64,000 nucleotides of DNA from Dictyostelium discoideum. Lineage: Eukaryota. Under the pieces are notes generated by a model. That model was not told the DNA's origin. It saw nothing but the letters and a program-made list of their open reading frames with translations, and made no database searches. A program made the translations under genes and the position numbers. Shown one piece after another: positions 10,292 to 32,500 of this stretch (within the stretch, counting starts at the first letter, position 1; each line of letters begins with the position of its first letter). The DNA lies in contig CM000154.2 of NCBI GenBank assembly GCA_000004695.1, forward strand, positions 704,001-768,000, written 5' to 3'.

Positions 10292-11399
10292 GATTATTTT
10301 TACTTTTATTTTTGGTTTCATCTTTTTTTTGAATTGATAAAAATTTTAAAGAATTTGGAAAATTAATAAAATGATTTGTTTTGAATTGGTTTTGATTAAC
10401 AGTTATTTTTAAATCTATTAAATTTGTTAATGATGGTATAAGTAATTCATGATTAAATGGTTGAGATATTTCTAAACTTGTTAATGAAGTTGGTAAGAAA
10501 TTGGTTAGGGATGTTGATGATGGTAATTGATGCAATTCTAGTTGTTTTAAATTTGATGGTAATGAATTACATAGATCAGTACCAATGAAATTCGGAATAC
10601 CACATGATTTTAAAGATGTTATTGAATTTGGTAATACACCTGGTTCAATATCACCTTTGAACGTACCTAAATCTAATGATTTCAATTGTTTATTTGGTAA
10701 TGAACCTTGTAGTAATCGATTCTTATATTTAAAGCCTAAATCCAATTCAATTAAATCATCTGGTAACCAACCTGGTTCAATGGCTAACCTATAGGCATCA
10801 CCAATTTCTAATTTAGTTAATGATTGTGGTAATAGGTTAGGTCCGAGAGGATAGCTATTAAATGATTTACCAATGTATAATGTTTCTAAACCATTTGGTA
10901 TTATAGATTTATTAGTAGTTTGGTCTAGTAAACTTTGTGAAAAAAAGTGACCAAATTTCAAAGTTTTTAAAGTCGTTGATGGAAATAAACCAGATATAAT
11001 TCTTTGATTATTTGAAAAACATGTTGTAAATTTTTTAATAATTTTTGGAAATGGTAATGGTGGTGGTGGTGATGATTCATTTGATTCATTTGATTCATTT
11101 GATTCATCATAATCTTCACTTGTAAATACTTTTTTATATGGTGTCATGGTTGGATTTGGTGTTTCAATAACTTGAACATTTTCTATAAAATATGAAAGTA
11201 ACGGTTCAATTTTATGAATTTCCATTATAGAATTGGATGGAATCGTTATTGTTATATCTCTTAAATATTCTCTTTCTTTATAGTTTTTTAATTGTTCAAT
11301 AGTAAATATCCTATTTGAATAATTTTGATTAAATAGTTTCAAATATTCAATAATTTGATTCTTAATTACAATATTCCTCCATAATTTATAAAATAAAAA

Positions 11400-11463
<64 letters not shown>

Positions 11464-11477
11464 TTTATAATTTCCAT
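9390..11477 (-). CDS. FNIP-repeat / leucine-rich-repeat family protein with N-terminal poly-N, 695 aa
   Basis: Single long ORF with ATG at 11477. After the poly-N tract come repeated units of the form LP.SL..L.FG..FNQ.L..G.LP..L..L. Examples are LPQSLTKLEIGDAY, LPDDLIELDLGFKYKNRLLQGSLPNKQLKSLDLGTF and LPNSITSLK. These are typical of the Dictyostelium FNIP repeat family. A GTGTGTGAGAGAGAG-encoding stretch is internal. Confidence 0.7.
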
Positions 11478-11716
11478 TTTGTGTTTTGTCTTGAAAAGAT
11501 TTTTTTTTTTTTTTATTTTTTTTTTTTTTTTTTTTTTTATTTTATTTTTTTTTTTTTTTTTTTAACAAAATTTTTAAAAAAAAAAAAAACCTCAAAAAAA
11601 AAATAATTTTTATCTATCTATCTTAATCATATTTATTTTATTTTATTTTATTTTTTTTTTTTTTTTAATAATTTCTTTTAATAATTTAGGGAAGGAAAAA
11701 CTTAATTCAATAAAAG

Positions 11717-11751
<35 letters not shown>

Positions 11752-11754
11752 AGA

Positions 11755-17476
<5,722 letters not shown>

Positions 17477-17591
17477 ATTACCAAGAAAACTATTTTATTG
17501 TTATTTTTAATTACAAAATAAATTGTAAAAAAAAAAAAAAAAAAAAAAAGAGAAATTATTTAATTTATTTTTATTTGTTTTTTTATTATTT

Positions 17592-20251
<2,660 letters not shown>

Positions 20252-20441
20252 TTTATAAAATTTTTTAAAAAAAAGAAAAAATTATTGTTGGTGTTTTTAA
20301 TATGGTGTGAAAAAATAAAAAAATAAAAAAAATAAATAAATAAATTTTATAATGAAAGATTTTAGTGTGCGTTTTAAAATAGTGAAAGTAAGTGTGGTAG
20401 GGTTTTTATACAAATAATACTATCTCTTTTGATCCCTTTAC

Positions 20442-20472
<31 letters not shown>

Positions 20473-20796
20473 CAAATTAAATTAAAAAAATTTAAAAAAA
20501 AAAATAAAAAAAAAAAAAATAAAATATTATAAAAAAAATCAAATGTGGTAAAAAATATATATATAAAAAAAAAAGATTTTTTTAAAAAATAATAAAAATA
20601 GTAATTATAATAAAAAAAAAAATGGAAAGAAGTAAAGGGTCTTAGGACTCACTAAAATGGGAAATATATATAATTTTTTTCTTTTTTATTTTTATTTTTT
20701 TTTATTTTTTTTTTATTTTTTTTATTTTTTATTTTTTTTTATTTTTTTTTTTTTTTATTTTTTTTTTTTTTTTAAATTAAACGAAAAAAATAAAAA

Positions 20797-22740
20797 ATGA
20801 TAAGAAATTTATCTATTTGTAAAAATTTTAGTAGTAGTAATAATATTATTAGTATTAAACCAATTTATTTATTAAATATAAAAAGAAATTTTTCAACCAC
20901 TCAACAGCAACAACTTAAAAAAGAAATTAAATCAAATCAAATAGAAGATTTTAATGTAAAGAATAAATGGTTTGATATAAATTCAAGATCAGCATTTTTA
21001 TTATTAAATCAATGTTTTAAATCAATATTTGAAAAAGCATTAACAAAAGAAGAGATTGAAAAAGTATTTAAAAATGAAAAGATTAAATATCAAGCATCTC
21101 TATCAACAGTACCATCAAAGAAAGTATTTGATCATGACTATTCGCTAAGTAATTTAGTGGTAGCATCAATGTTATTAAAAGACAATAATTTAGGTCAAAA
21201 ATTAATTGATGCATTTGAGTCTAATAAATCGGAAATACCCTATTCATCAATGATTGAAAAGTTAGAATTAAGTAATAAAGGTCATTTAAATCTTCGAGTT
21301 TCAGACGAATATTTAACAACTATATTAAAACTATGGATCAACCCTAATGAGGATAAATCGAAATTCCTAATAGATAATTTAAAATTTCAAGACGATGTTA
21401 ATTTAAATGAAATGGAAAAAGAGAATAAACTATTACCAATTAGAAGTAAGAAAGTTTTAGTTGATTTTGCATCACCAAATATGTCAAAGGAATTGCATGT
21501 TGGTCATTTAAGATCGATTGCATTGGGTGAATCAATTTGTAGAATTTTAGAATACATGGGACATGATGTGGAAAGAATTAGTCATGCTGGTGATTTCGGT
21601 ACACCATTGGGAATTGTATTGGCACATTCATTGGAGACCAATGCTGATTATTTAAAACATATTCAAGATCCAACTTGTAAAGATAACGAACCAATTATAC
21701 CAACACCAAAGGAACTATCTGAACTTTATACCACATCAAAGAAAAGAACTAAATCTGATGAACAATTTTCAAAGAGAACACTTTGGACTGCCGCTGAATT
21801 TCAAAAGGGCCCACCAATCTATGACAAAGTTAGTGGAGAACAAATTGGTGGTAGTGATCCAATAGTGTATGATGCATGGTTATCACTTTGTGAAGCATCT
21901 AGAATCGGATTCAATAAAGTGTTTCAAATGTTGGATATTAATGTAAACGAACGTGGTGAATCATTCTATAGGGATATGTTACCTGGTGTAATTGAAGATT
22001 TGACTAAAATGGGATTCGTAGATATTTCAGATGATGGTAGAAAATGTATATTCTTGGATAAAACCAAATGTAAAGATTCTCAAGTTCCAGTAGTAGTTCA
22101 AAAGAGTGATGGTGCTTATCTATACGCCACAACCGATATCGCCGCAATTAAACATCGTGTTGAAAATGGTAAAGAATGGGTCATTGTCATCACTGATGAT
22201 TCACAAAGTGATCATTTCCAACAAGTGTTTAAAATTGCTGAAGATGCAAATTGGTTAAATCGTAAGCAAACTCGTGTTGATCATTTATCATTTGGTGTTG
22301 TTCGTGGTCCCAATGGTCAAAAATTATCATCTCGTGATGGTAATCCAATTGCTTTAATCGATCTATTACAAGAATCAATTGAACGTTCAAAACAAGCTAC
22401 ATCACTTTCAAAATCTTTTACACGTTCTGAAAAATTAGATATTACTCAAAATGCAAATAATGTTGAAATTAATAGAATGCTTGATACTTTTGAAAATAAT
22501 AATAATGATGATAATAATAATGAAACTACAATTGATGAAAAACATTTCCTCAAGATTGGTATGGGTGCATTAAAATATTATGATTTAGCACACAGAAACA
22601 ATCCATATGTTTTTTCTTATGATAGTATTTTATCATTTAAAGGTAATACAAGTATTTATATTTTATATTGTTATACTCGTATTTCAACTTTATTAAGAAG
22701 AGCTAATTTTGATGGTTTAAATTTAAATCCAAAGTATGTA

Positions 22741-22773
<33 letters not shown>

Positions 22774-23090
22774 AAAGTATTAACTTTTTTTTTTTTTTTT
22801 TTTTTTATTTAGTTTGATTGAATTTAAAGAATTTACAGAAAAAGAAAGAAATTTAGTATTTATTATGTCTAGATTTAGTGATGTAATGAAAGGTACAGAA
22901 CAATCATTAAAACCTGGATTTATTTGTGATTACCTTTGGGATCTCGCAAATAGTTTCCATCAATTTTATGAAACTGAAAAAATTATTGGAAATGAAAGAC
23001 AAGATCAAAGATTATTTATTTGTTTGGCAGTTCAAAGAATTTTATCAACCGGTTTACATTTATTAGGTGTTGAAACTGTTGAAAAATTAT

Positions 23091-23092
<2 letters not shown>
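20797..23092 (+). CDS. Arginyl-tRNA synthetase, probably the mitochondrial isoform, 2 exons, about 738 aa
   Basis: Exon 1 is 20797..22733. The donor GTATGT is at 22734. A 79-nt intron is made of an A-run and a T-run. The acceptor AG is at 22811-22812. Exon 2 is 22813..23092. The class-I HIGH-type motif of ArgRS is present: SPNMSKELHVGHLRSIALGESICRIL..GHDVERISHAGDFGT. The catalytic core includes QKLSSRDGNPIALIDL. The C-terminal DALR anticodon-binding domain spans the intron (..CYTRISTLLRRANFDGLNLNPK-N-LIEFKEFTEKERNLVFIMSRFSDV...). The N-terminus MIRNLSICKNFSSSNNIISIKPIYLLNIKRNFSTT looks like a mitochondrial presequence. Confidence 0.85.
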
Positions 23093-23128
<36 letters not shown>

Positions 23129-23879
23129 AATTAAGAAATAGAAAAAAAAATAAAATAGAATGAATGTAATAATTTTATATTTTTTTTTTTTTTTTTTTTT
23201 TTTTCAGGGTTTAATTATTTTTATTTATGATTAATTTTTTGTAATTGTTTTTTTTTTATTTTAATAAAATAAATATATTAAATTTTTTTTTAAAAAAATT
23301 AAATTAAAAAAAAATAAAAAAAAAAATGATTTCAAAAACTAATAATACTAAATAGTAAAAAAAATTTTTTTTTTGGTTTTTTGAAAAAGAAGTTCCATCA
23401 AATTCATATAATAATAAATTCCAATCTCATGTCCATCGAAAAAAAGATTTTTTTTTAATTTTTTTTTTTTTTTTTAATTTTTTTTTTTTAATTTTTTTTG
23501 ATTTTTATTTTTATTTTTTTTTTTTTTTTTTTTTTTTACCCAACCTTTTTTTTATTTTTTTATTTTTTTCACACACACATTATCTTTTTGCTTTTTATTT
23601 TGAAAAATAAAATAAAAACTAATCAAAGAGTTGTAGTAAATAAATAAATAAATAAATAAATCACCACTTGTAATATTATATATATATAAATTTATTATTA
23701 TTATTATTATTATTATTTTTTTTTGTATTATTATTATTATTTTTTTTTATTTCCACAAACACCGCAATCACACAACCATTGCCATCAATCACACCCAATA
23801 TATACATTTTAATAAATACGCTCAATAAAAAAAAAAAAAAAAAAAAAAAACCTCAATAAATAAAAGTATATACAGACAC

Positions 23880-23907
<28 letters not shown>

Positions 23908-23910
<3 letters not shown>

Positions 23911-24560
23911 TCAGTAGATCCAAAACAATCAAAAATAGCAGATGTATTCGAAAGATGTGATGTTTTAGAGAGTTTTCCATTTCATGATGATCAATCAGAG
24001 ATTGAAGAACAATCACCAAGTATTGGATATGATGCATATGATAAATCATTGAATTATACAGATAGAGGTGCCTATGAAACTCAATGGTCCGAAGAAACAA
24101 TTGGTATGGAAAAAATGGAAGAAGTTTTAAAACAGGGTGATTCATTCATCAATATGGTCTATACATATCGTTCATGTTCAAAGGCATTACCAACTGTTAA
24201 AACCGCTGAACAAGTTAATAAAACTCAAATCTATGAAGGTAATTTCGAAGTGTTAGAACCAGAGATTAAGAAATTAAAGGATTTCATGTACTTTCAAAAG
24301 GACACAATCAAATTATTTTGTGATCATATTAAAAAATTAGCATCAACCTATGATAAAAAAAAAGAAACAATCTCAGCTTCTGAATCTTTTATCAATTATT
24401 TAGTTCGTATTTTAGATCTCTTAGCAATTTTAGATGCTTTAAAAAATATGAAAGCTTGTTTAAATAATGATTTTTCATTTTTTAAAAGGTAAAAATTAAA
24501 TTAAAAATTAAAAAAAAAAAAAAAAAAAGAAAAAATAATTATTATATAATTTTATATTAA

Positions 24561-24594
<34 letters not shown>

Positions 24595-27500
24595 AATAGA
24601 GCAACTGGATTTTTAAGAAAACAAATGTCAGGTACTGAAGATCAAACTCAAGAGAATCATACATTATATTTATTTTTAGCAAATCAAAATTCAATTACAT
24701 CATCATTGAAATTAGAATTACATAATATTGATAAGTTTGATGATATTTTACCAATGATTGTTAATCAATGTGCAGATTATTTGGAGCAAGAAAAGTATAT
24801 TTTACCAAGTGAAAAACATTGTTTACTTAGAGTTATGCCATTTGTATTGTTTTTAATCGATGAGAATGACTCTAAACATAATATCAACAAGAACAAGAAT
24901 TTGAATATCTCACGTTATGCAAAGATTTTCAAAAAGAATCCAGTCGTACCATTGTATGGTGATATGCAAATCACATTGGAATCATTGGTTAAGAGATCAC
25001 CACATTTCGATGAGAAGGCATGGGGTACCTCAACATTGGATAGTAAATCAGCGTTGGATTACGAGATCATTCATGTTTTGGACCAAACACGTTCCCTCTA
25101 CAACGAGTATATGGCACGTTTTGCAAATATGGTCAACGAGATTAGAGCGGCCAAAGCTCGTGGTCCAAAGGAACCATTGCCATTGGCAGAGTCTGATATT
25201 CAAGCAATCACATTGATGGGTTTGAGGATTCTCTCTGATTGGACCTCAAGAGTACTTCAACAATCGGCTTGGAAATATTCTAAACCAAACAATGATCCAA
25301 CCATTTCAGCAACCTTTGATTATGAACGTGTCGTTAAATTCAATTATACCAAAGAGGAGAGAACCGCTTTGGTTCAATTGATCGCCATGATCAAATCATT
25401 GGCTTCATTGATGATGAAGAGTGAAACATTACTTCAACCAATACTTCGTAAGACCATTCATCAAGAGTTGCAAGAGTTTGTTCAAATCAATCTCAAAGAG
25501 ACCATTAAATCCTTTGTAAAGAATAATCCAAAGAAGAAGGATAACATCAAATTGGAGATGTCACAATTGAAGAATATCTCTGTCGATTGGTTCAGTGGTT
25601 TCGAACCTGCCGAAGCTGTACCAAACAAAAAGAGTAAAGAAGTCGAAGAGAAAGTTCAAATTCCTGCTCGTGCCGTACCACCATCACCAACCCAATTGGA
25701 ATTGATTCTCACTTTGGTCTCATCATTAATGGATAAAAAGAAGGATTTCTCCTCTGATCAATATCGTGACTTTGAAGCATTTAGTAGCAAGGCCTTCTTT
25801 TATCGTTACCTTTTATCATTATCCTCATCAATCATTTCAATCACCGATTTAGCCGATCTTTGGTATCGTGAATTCTATTTAGAATTGAACAATCGTGTAC
25901 AATTTCCAATTGAAACTTCGCTTCCATGGATTCTTACCGATCATATCTTGGAATCAGATGATCCATCATTAATTGAACATCTCTTCTATCCTTTGGGTCT
26001 CTACAATGATACTGCTCAACGTGCTCTCCTAAGTTTAAACCAACGTTTTCTCTACGATGAAATCGAAGCAGAACTCAATCTTTGTTTCGATCAATTACTT
26101 TACAAACTCTCTGGTAAGGTTTATACTCATTTCAAGACTCAAGCAAGTTCTATCCTCTTGGATAAACCATATAAAACTCAATTGGAATTGGCTCATTTCA
26201 ATGGTAAATTACATACACCAAAATCACGTTTCGACGTTTTGCTACGTCAAAAACATATTACCCTCCTTGGTCGTTCCATTGATCTTTGTGGTCTATTGGC
26301 TCAAAGACAAAACAATACCATTCGTCAAAATTTAGATTATGCCATCAGTAGATTCGAAGCTTGCGATTTAACATCGATCGTTGAATTGGAGACCCAAATC
26401 GCCAATATCAAACTCACTCACAAACTCTTATCAGAATACTTTGATATAGATCCATTCGAATCAATCTTTAATGAAATCAATGAGTCCACTTCTTTGGTCT
26501 CTTATCATGGTCGTATTGTACTTCATATTATCTTTGAATTGGTGGCCGATTTCGCTCCAAACTATACCTTCAATTCAATCACTCAACGTTTTATAAAGGC
26601 TCCATACACTTTCACCGAAGAATTGAAACGTGATGCACTTCCAAAAACTAATCCTGTCTTTTTGTTTGGTAATAAATATTTGAATGCTGCCTATGCAAAC
26701 TCGATCGAACTCTACAAGAATTTCATTGGTGTACCACATATTCAATCAATCCTTAGAATCGTTGGTAAAAAGAATCTTCCTTTGATCGTTGCTGAGGTAT
26801 TACGTAATATTGAAATCAAGATCACCAATGTTCTCTCACCATACGTTAGTGAATTACTTCAAGGTATGCCTGCATCGACTAAATTACCAATCTATGATTA
26901 TGGTACTGAAGGTGGCTATGGTTATTTCCAACTTAAATTGAAAGACATTTACATCTATCCAGATTTACGTCCAGAGGTACTTCAAACATTCAGAGAATTG
27001 GGTAACAGTTTGGTATTTATGAATCTTTTGGATCAAGTTATCACTCAAACCGATAGTTATAACTTTGCCAAAGCTGCACCTTTCCTTGGTATCACTCCAG
27101 AGACTTGGAAAGATTTAGAACCATCCACTGAGGATCCAACCCTTCAATCACCATTGTACTCTCAATTACAAAAGTTGGCTCAACTCTTGGAGAGTAGACC
27201 AGAGGTTGCCAAATCTTCACAATCACTCAATGATATGGTTGCAAACGCATGGCGTGCCGATAAATTCTATCGTCCATCCGAACAAAACTTTTCTCTCTTT
27301 AAGAGTGTCCTCCAACGTTTCTCTTCAATCCTTAATATTGTTCGTCATGATTGGTCTGGTGCTCCTCCAGATAATGGTGTCATTTGCGTTGATTCCTCAA
27401 CAGAGTTTTATCGTTTATGGAGTGCCCTTCAATTTGTAATCTGTTGGCCACTCTCAAATGAAAATGATAAATCTTTCCATGAATTGTTTGGTGATGGTTT

Positions 27501-27799
27501 AATGTGGGCCGGTTGTTCATTGATCCATTTCCTTGGTCAACAATATCGTTTCGAATTATTTGATTTCTGTTATCACATTTTAAATGTAGAAGAGGCTGCT
27601 GCTGTTCGTTCAGATAAACCTGCCTTAAAGAATTTCTTTAAGAATGCTCAAATCATCAAAGATATCAATAATCAAATCTTTAGTATACTCAATACATATT
27701 GTCCACCACCACCACCTTCTAATATGATCCTTTCACCACCTGCTACTGAACAAGCTGAACAATTTATAGTTACAACCACTGTTGAAGAACAATCAATTC

Positions 27800-27831
<32 letters not shown>

Positions 27832-28112
27832 CTTCAACAATCAACTTCAAATTCTGGAAGTAGTTTATCACTTTCTGCTGCTGGTGCACCACCTCCACCA
27901 CCACCACCATCAACAAATGGTTTACCACCTCCACCACCAATGGCTGTAAGTAAATCAAAAATAAAATTTATAATAAAAAAAAAAAAAAAAAAAAAATTAA
28001 TAATACTAACATGCTCATAATTTAATAGGAATATGAAATGAGTTCAAGTATTGATGATTTTGCTCCACCCCCACCACCACCATTTGGAATGCCACCACCC
28101 CCACCAATGTAA
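23908..28112 (+). CDS. pirA: PIR121 / CYFIP (Sra-1) subunit of the SCAR/WAVE complex, 3 exons, about 1336 aa
   Basis: Exon 1 is 23908..24488. The donor gtaaaa is at 24489. The acceptor AG is at 24598-24599. Exon 2 is 24600..27945. The donor GTAAGT is at 27946. The branch point TACTAAC is at 28004-28010. The acceptor AG is at 28027-28028. Exon 3 is 28029..28112. The protein is colinear with CYFIP1/2. [20 protein letters not shown]...[19 protein letters not shown]...[27 protein letters not shown] matches the human LYTWRSCSRAIPQVK...FMYFQRKAIERF...[27 protein letters not shown]. Further on, [65 protein letters not shown] and [30 protein letters not shown] match their CYFIP counterparts. The last micro-exon adds a Pro-rich tail [27 protein letters not shown]. 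Confidence 0.9.
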
Positions 28113-28426
28113 AAAAAAAAAAATAATAATAATAATAAAAAATCAATTCCAACCTGGAAAATAAAAAAAAAAAAAAATTAATTCCAACTTGGAAAAAAAA
28201 AAAAAAAAAAAGAACAATAATTTGGTACACTACAAAAAAAAAATAAAAAAATAATAAATGGTATTTAATAATAAAATAATAAAAAAAAAAAAATGATAGA
28301 TATAGTTAATGTATAATTAATACACCTATTTTTATTTTTTTATTTATTTTTTTTATTATTTTTTTTTTTTATTATTTTATTACCATTCAAAATTTAATGG
28401 GTACTTGGTGTTTTACACATCCATTA

Positions 28427-28472
<46 letters not shown>

Positions 28473-29542
28473 CTAATGTAATACATTAAAAAGTTAATCC
28501 CTAATACAATGAAAGTAACAACTAAAAAAATAATTATTCAATTTTTTTTTTTTTCATTTTTTTTTTTTTTTTTTTCCACACACAATCATTTCAAAATACT
28601 ATTTTAACACAATGATTACACATATATTTGATTATTTATATATTGTTATTTACATGTGGGTGAGGGGGGTAATCGAAAATGTAGTTTAAAAAAAATTGTA
28701 TTCTCATACACCCACATTCATTCACACTTAATCTATATACAAATATAAATTACAAAAAGCAAAAAAATTATGCACATCCACAATCTACCATGTTAATAAA
28801 ATTCATTTGAAAATAATAATAAACAAACAATGATCCATTGTACAAATTTTTGATTTTAAAATTATTATTATTATTTTTATTATTATATATATTTTTTTTT
28901 TTTTTTTTTTGGTGATAGTGGTGATATATTTTCAGTATACTTAATTTAATTTATTTAATAGAAAATAATAATAAAAAATTAAAAAACAAAAAAAAAAAAA
29001 AAAAAAAAAAAAAGCATTTATATTATTATTAATATAATCATAAAGATAGGGAGTTCTCAATTTTATTCAAAAAAAAAAGTAATATAAAAAAAAATTAAAA
29101 AAAAAATTGTTAGGTAAATTAAATTTTATTTCAATAATTTAAAAATTTATTTTATTGGTTGATATTAATGTTCAAATAATATTTTTTAGAAGAATTTTTT
29201 TTTATTATTTTTTTTTTTTTTTTTTTTTTTTGAACTTTACAATTTTATATATTAAAAAAAAAAAAGATTGTAAATAATAATAAACAAACAAAAAAAAAAA
29301 AAAAACAAACAAAATAATAATATAACAGGAAAAAAAAAAAAAAATAAAGTATGTTCATATTTATTAATAATCAAAAAATAAATTATAAATAGAATTATTA
29401 ATATTTTTAAAATTTTATCCTTTTTTAGTTTTTTTCAATTTTTTTTAATTTGTACATAGGAAAAAAAAAATAGTAAAAGAAAAAGAAAAAAGAAAAAAAG
29501 AAAAAAGAAAAAAAAGAAAAAAAGAAAAAAAAAATAAACAAA

Positions 29543-32500
29543 ATGAAATTATTTATTTATTCAATTTTATTTCTTTTAATATTTAAAAGTTTTTTTGTAA
29601 ATTCAACAACATTAAAAGAAAATGAAATTGGTTCAATAAAAAAACAAAAGTCTCCATTTGAAGAGAATAATATTTCACAATTAGATTTTACATCAGTTTT
29701 TTCGCCAGGTGTTTATGCTATACCTTGGACTGATCCAAATATGCCAACAGTGGCATTGGAACAAGCCTCACATTCTGGTTATTTCATTGGAAATGTTATT
29801 CTTCAAGGAAGTCAATTCAATGACCCAAAATTGAGTGGTTTATTGAATGGAAAGGATCTTTATGTACTCAGTCATTTTTCAGGTGCAGCTTGTTGTCAAA
29901 ATGTTACAAGTGAAATAAAATTATTATTTACCTTTCCAATAAGCAATATTTGTTTGTTGATCGCATCTGTTGATGAGAGTGATTTTGTTACTGTAAGAGC
30001 CAGAAAAACACAAACCGATAATATTTATGGAATTGGTAGCTCAAATGCTCAAATGGATATGAAAAAAGATTGGGCAAACTATGGACAAGGCACTTTATCA
30101 GTTTCAGGGGTACAACCATCAAATAATTCGGGTATACCTCCAATTGTTCTCACTAGAGATCATTCAAAAGCTTTTATTACAAGTATGGGAAATCCAACCA
30201 CAATTAACTATCAGATCTTGGCTCCATTCATTAATGTATCTTCAATTCATATTTCTTATTCAACTTTATCCGATTCTCAATACGTATTTTATGCACTTTT
30301 CCAATGTCCAAAACCAACCAGTGATATTGAACCAACCTGTGAACCTGGATGCATGACAAGTGGAACTACTTCAACAACAACAACATCAAAAACAACAACA
30401 ACAGCAACAACTAAAACATCAACAACCGGTTCTTTGACTACTGGCCCTTCACAAAGTACTGGTCCTTCAACAACTACAACTACTGGTGGATCACAAAGTA
30501 CTGGTGTTTCAACGACCATAACAAGTGGATCACAAAGTACTGGTGCATCAACAACTGCCACAGCTAGTGGATCACAAAGTACTAGCGCATCAACAACTGC
30601 CACAGCTAGTGGTTCACAAAGTACTGGTGCATCAACTGCCACAACTAGTGGAGGAAGCACTGGATTTATTTCCGGAGCTTCAACAACTTCAATGTCAACA
30701 ACAACAGCAACAGGTAGTATTCCAACAACTGGATCACAAACCTCTACATCAGGATCATACACAACAACTGGATCACAAACCTCTACTTCAGGAACATACA
30801 CAACAACTGGATCACAAACTTCCACTTCAGGAACATACACAACAACCGGATCACAAACTTCCACTTCAGGAACATACACTACAACAACTAAACCATCTAC
30901 AACTACTGGTGGAGGAAGCACTGGATTCCTATCAGGAGCTTCAACAACTTTGGGTGGTGGGTCAGGATCATCGACCTCCTCACAATCTGGTCAAAGTTCA
31001 ACCGGTATTATTTCAGGAGTTATATCAGGAGGTAATAGTGTCGCAGGAGGATCAGGATCAGTCGGAAATAGTGGTTCAATTACTGGTTTAACAACAACTA
31101 CTGGTGGAATAAGTGGAGGTAATTTTATTGCAGGTGTAACAACTTCAAATTCAATCGCTCAAACTGGATCAGTTACAGGTTTAATTGCCAATGGTATTGC
31201 AGGATCAGTCGGAGGTTTAACAACAGCCAATTCATTAACAGGAGTAGGTTCAATTGGTAATATCGCCAATGCAATTTCAACTGGTCTTGTCGGTCAAATC
31301 ACAACATCAAAACCAACAATCTCATCAACAACAACAACAATATCCAGTCAAGCTACAAGTGGCTTTATTTCTGGAGCAGGTAGTATCGCTGGTGGATTAT
31401 CAATTGGTAATAGTGGATCAGTAGCCGGAATAACAACTCAATCAGGAAGCTTAACTGGTGCAAATACAGTAGCAGCAGTAACAACAGCCAACTCAATTGG
31501 ATCCAAAACATCAATAACTGGTGTTTCATCAATTGGAGCAATTTCAGGTTCAATTGATGGATTAACAACTGCAAACTCATTAACTGGTGTGTCATCAATC
31601 GCTGGTATAACTAATCAAGCATCATCAATCGCCAATGCAATTTCAGGTGGTAATATTGCAGGTGTAACTACATCTCAAATTTCAACCGGTATTATTTCAG
31701 GAGTAATTGCAGGAGGATCTGGATCAATCACATCTCCACAATCTATAACTGGCCAAAGTTCAACCAGTATTACTTCAGGAGTAATTTCAGGAGTTATATC
31801 AGGAGGTAATAGTGTCGCAGGAGGATCAGGATCAGTCGGAAATAGTGGCTCAATTACTGGTTTAACAACAAATGGTGGAATAAGCGGAGGTAATGCTATT
31901 GCAGGTGTAACAACTTCAAATTCAATCGCTCAAACTGGATCAGTTACAGGATTAACTGCAAATGGTATTGCAGGATCAGTCGGAGGATTAACAACAGCAA
32001 ACTCATTAACAGGAGTAGGTTCAATTGGTAATATCGCCAATGCAATTTCAACTGGTCTTGTCGGTCAAATCACAACATCAAAACCAACAGTTTCATCAAC
32101 AACAACAACATCAAGTCAAGGTACAAGTGGCTTTATTTCTGGAGCAGGTAGTATCGCTGGTGGATTATCAATTGGTAATAGTGGATCAGTAGCTGGAATA
32201 ACAACTCAATCAGGAAGCTTAACTGGTGCAAATACAGTAGCAGCAGTAACAACAGCCAACTCAATTGGATCCAAAACATCAATAACTGGTGTTTCATCAA
32301 TTGGAGCAATTTCAGGTTCAATTGATGGATTAACAACTGCAAACTCATTAACTGGTATATCATCAATCGCTGGTATAACTAATCAAGCATCATCAATCGC
32401 CAATGCAATTTCAGGTGGTAATATTGCAGGTGTAACTACATCTCAAAGTTCTACTGGTATTATTTCAGGAGTAATCGCAGGAGGATCTGGATCAATTACA

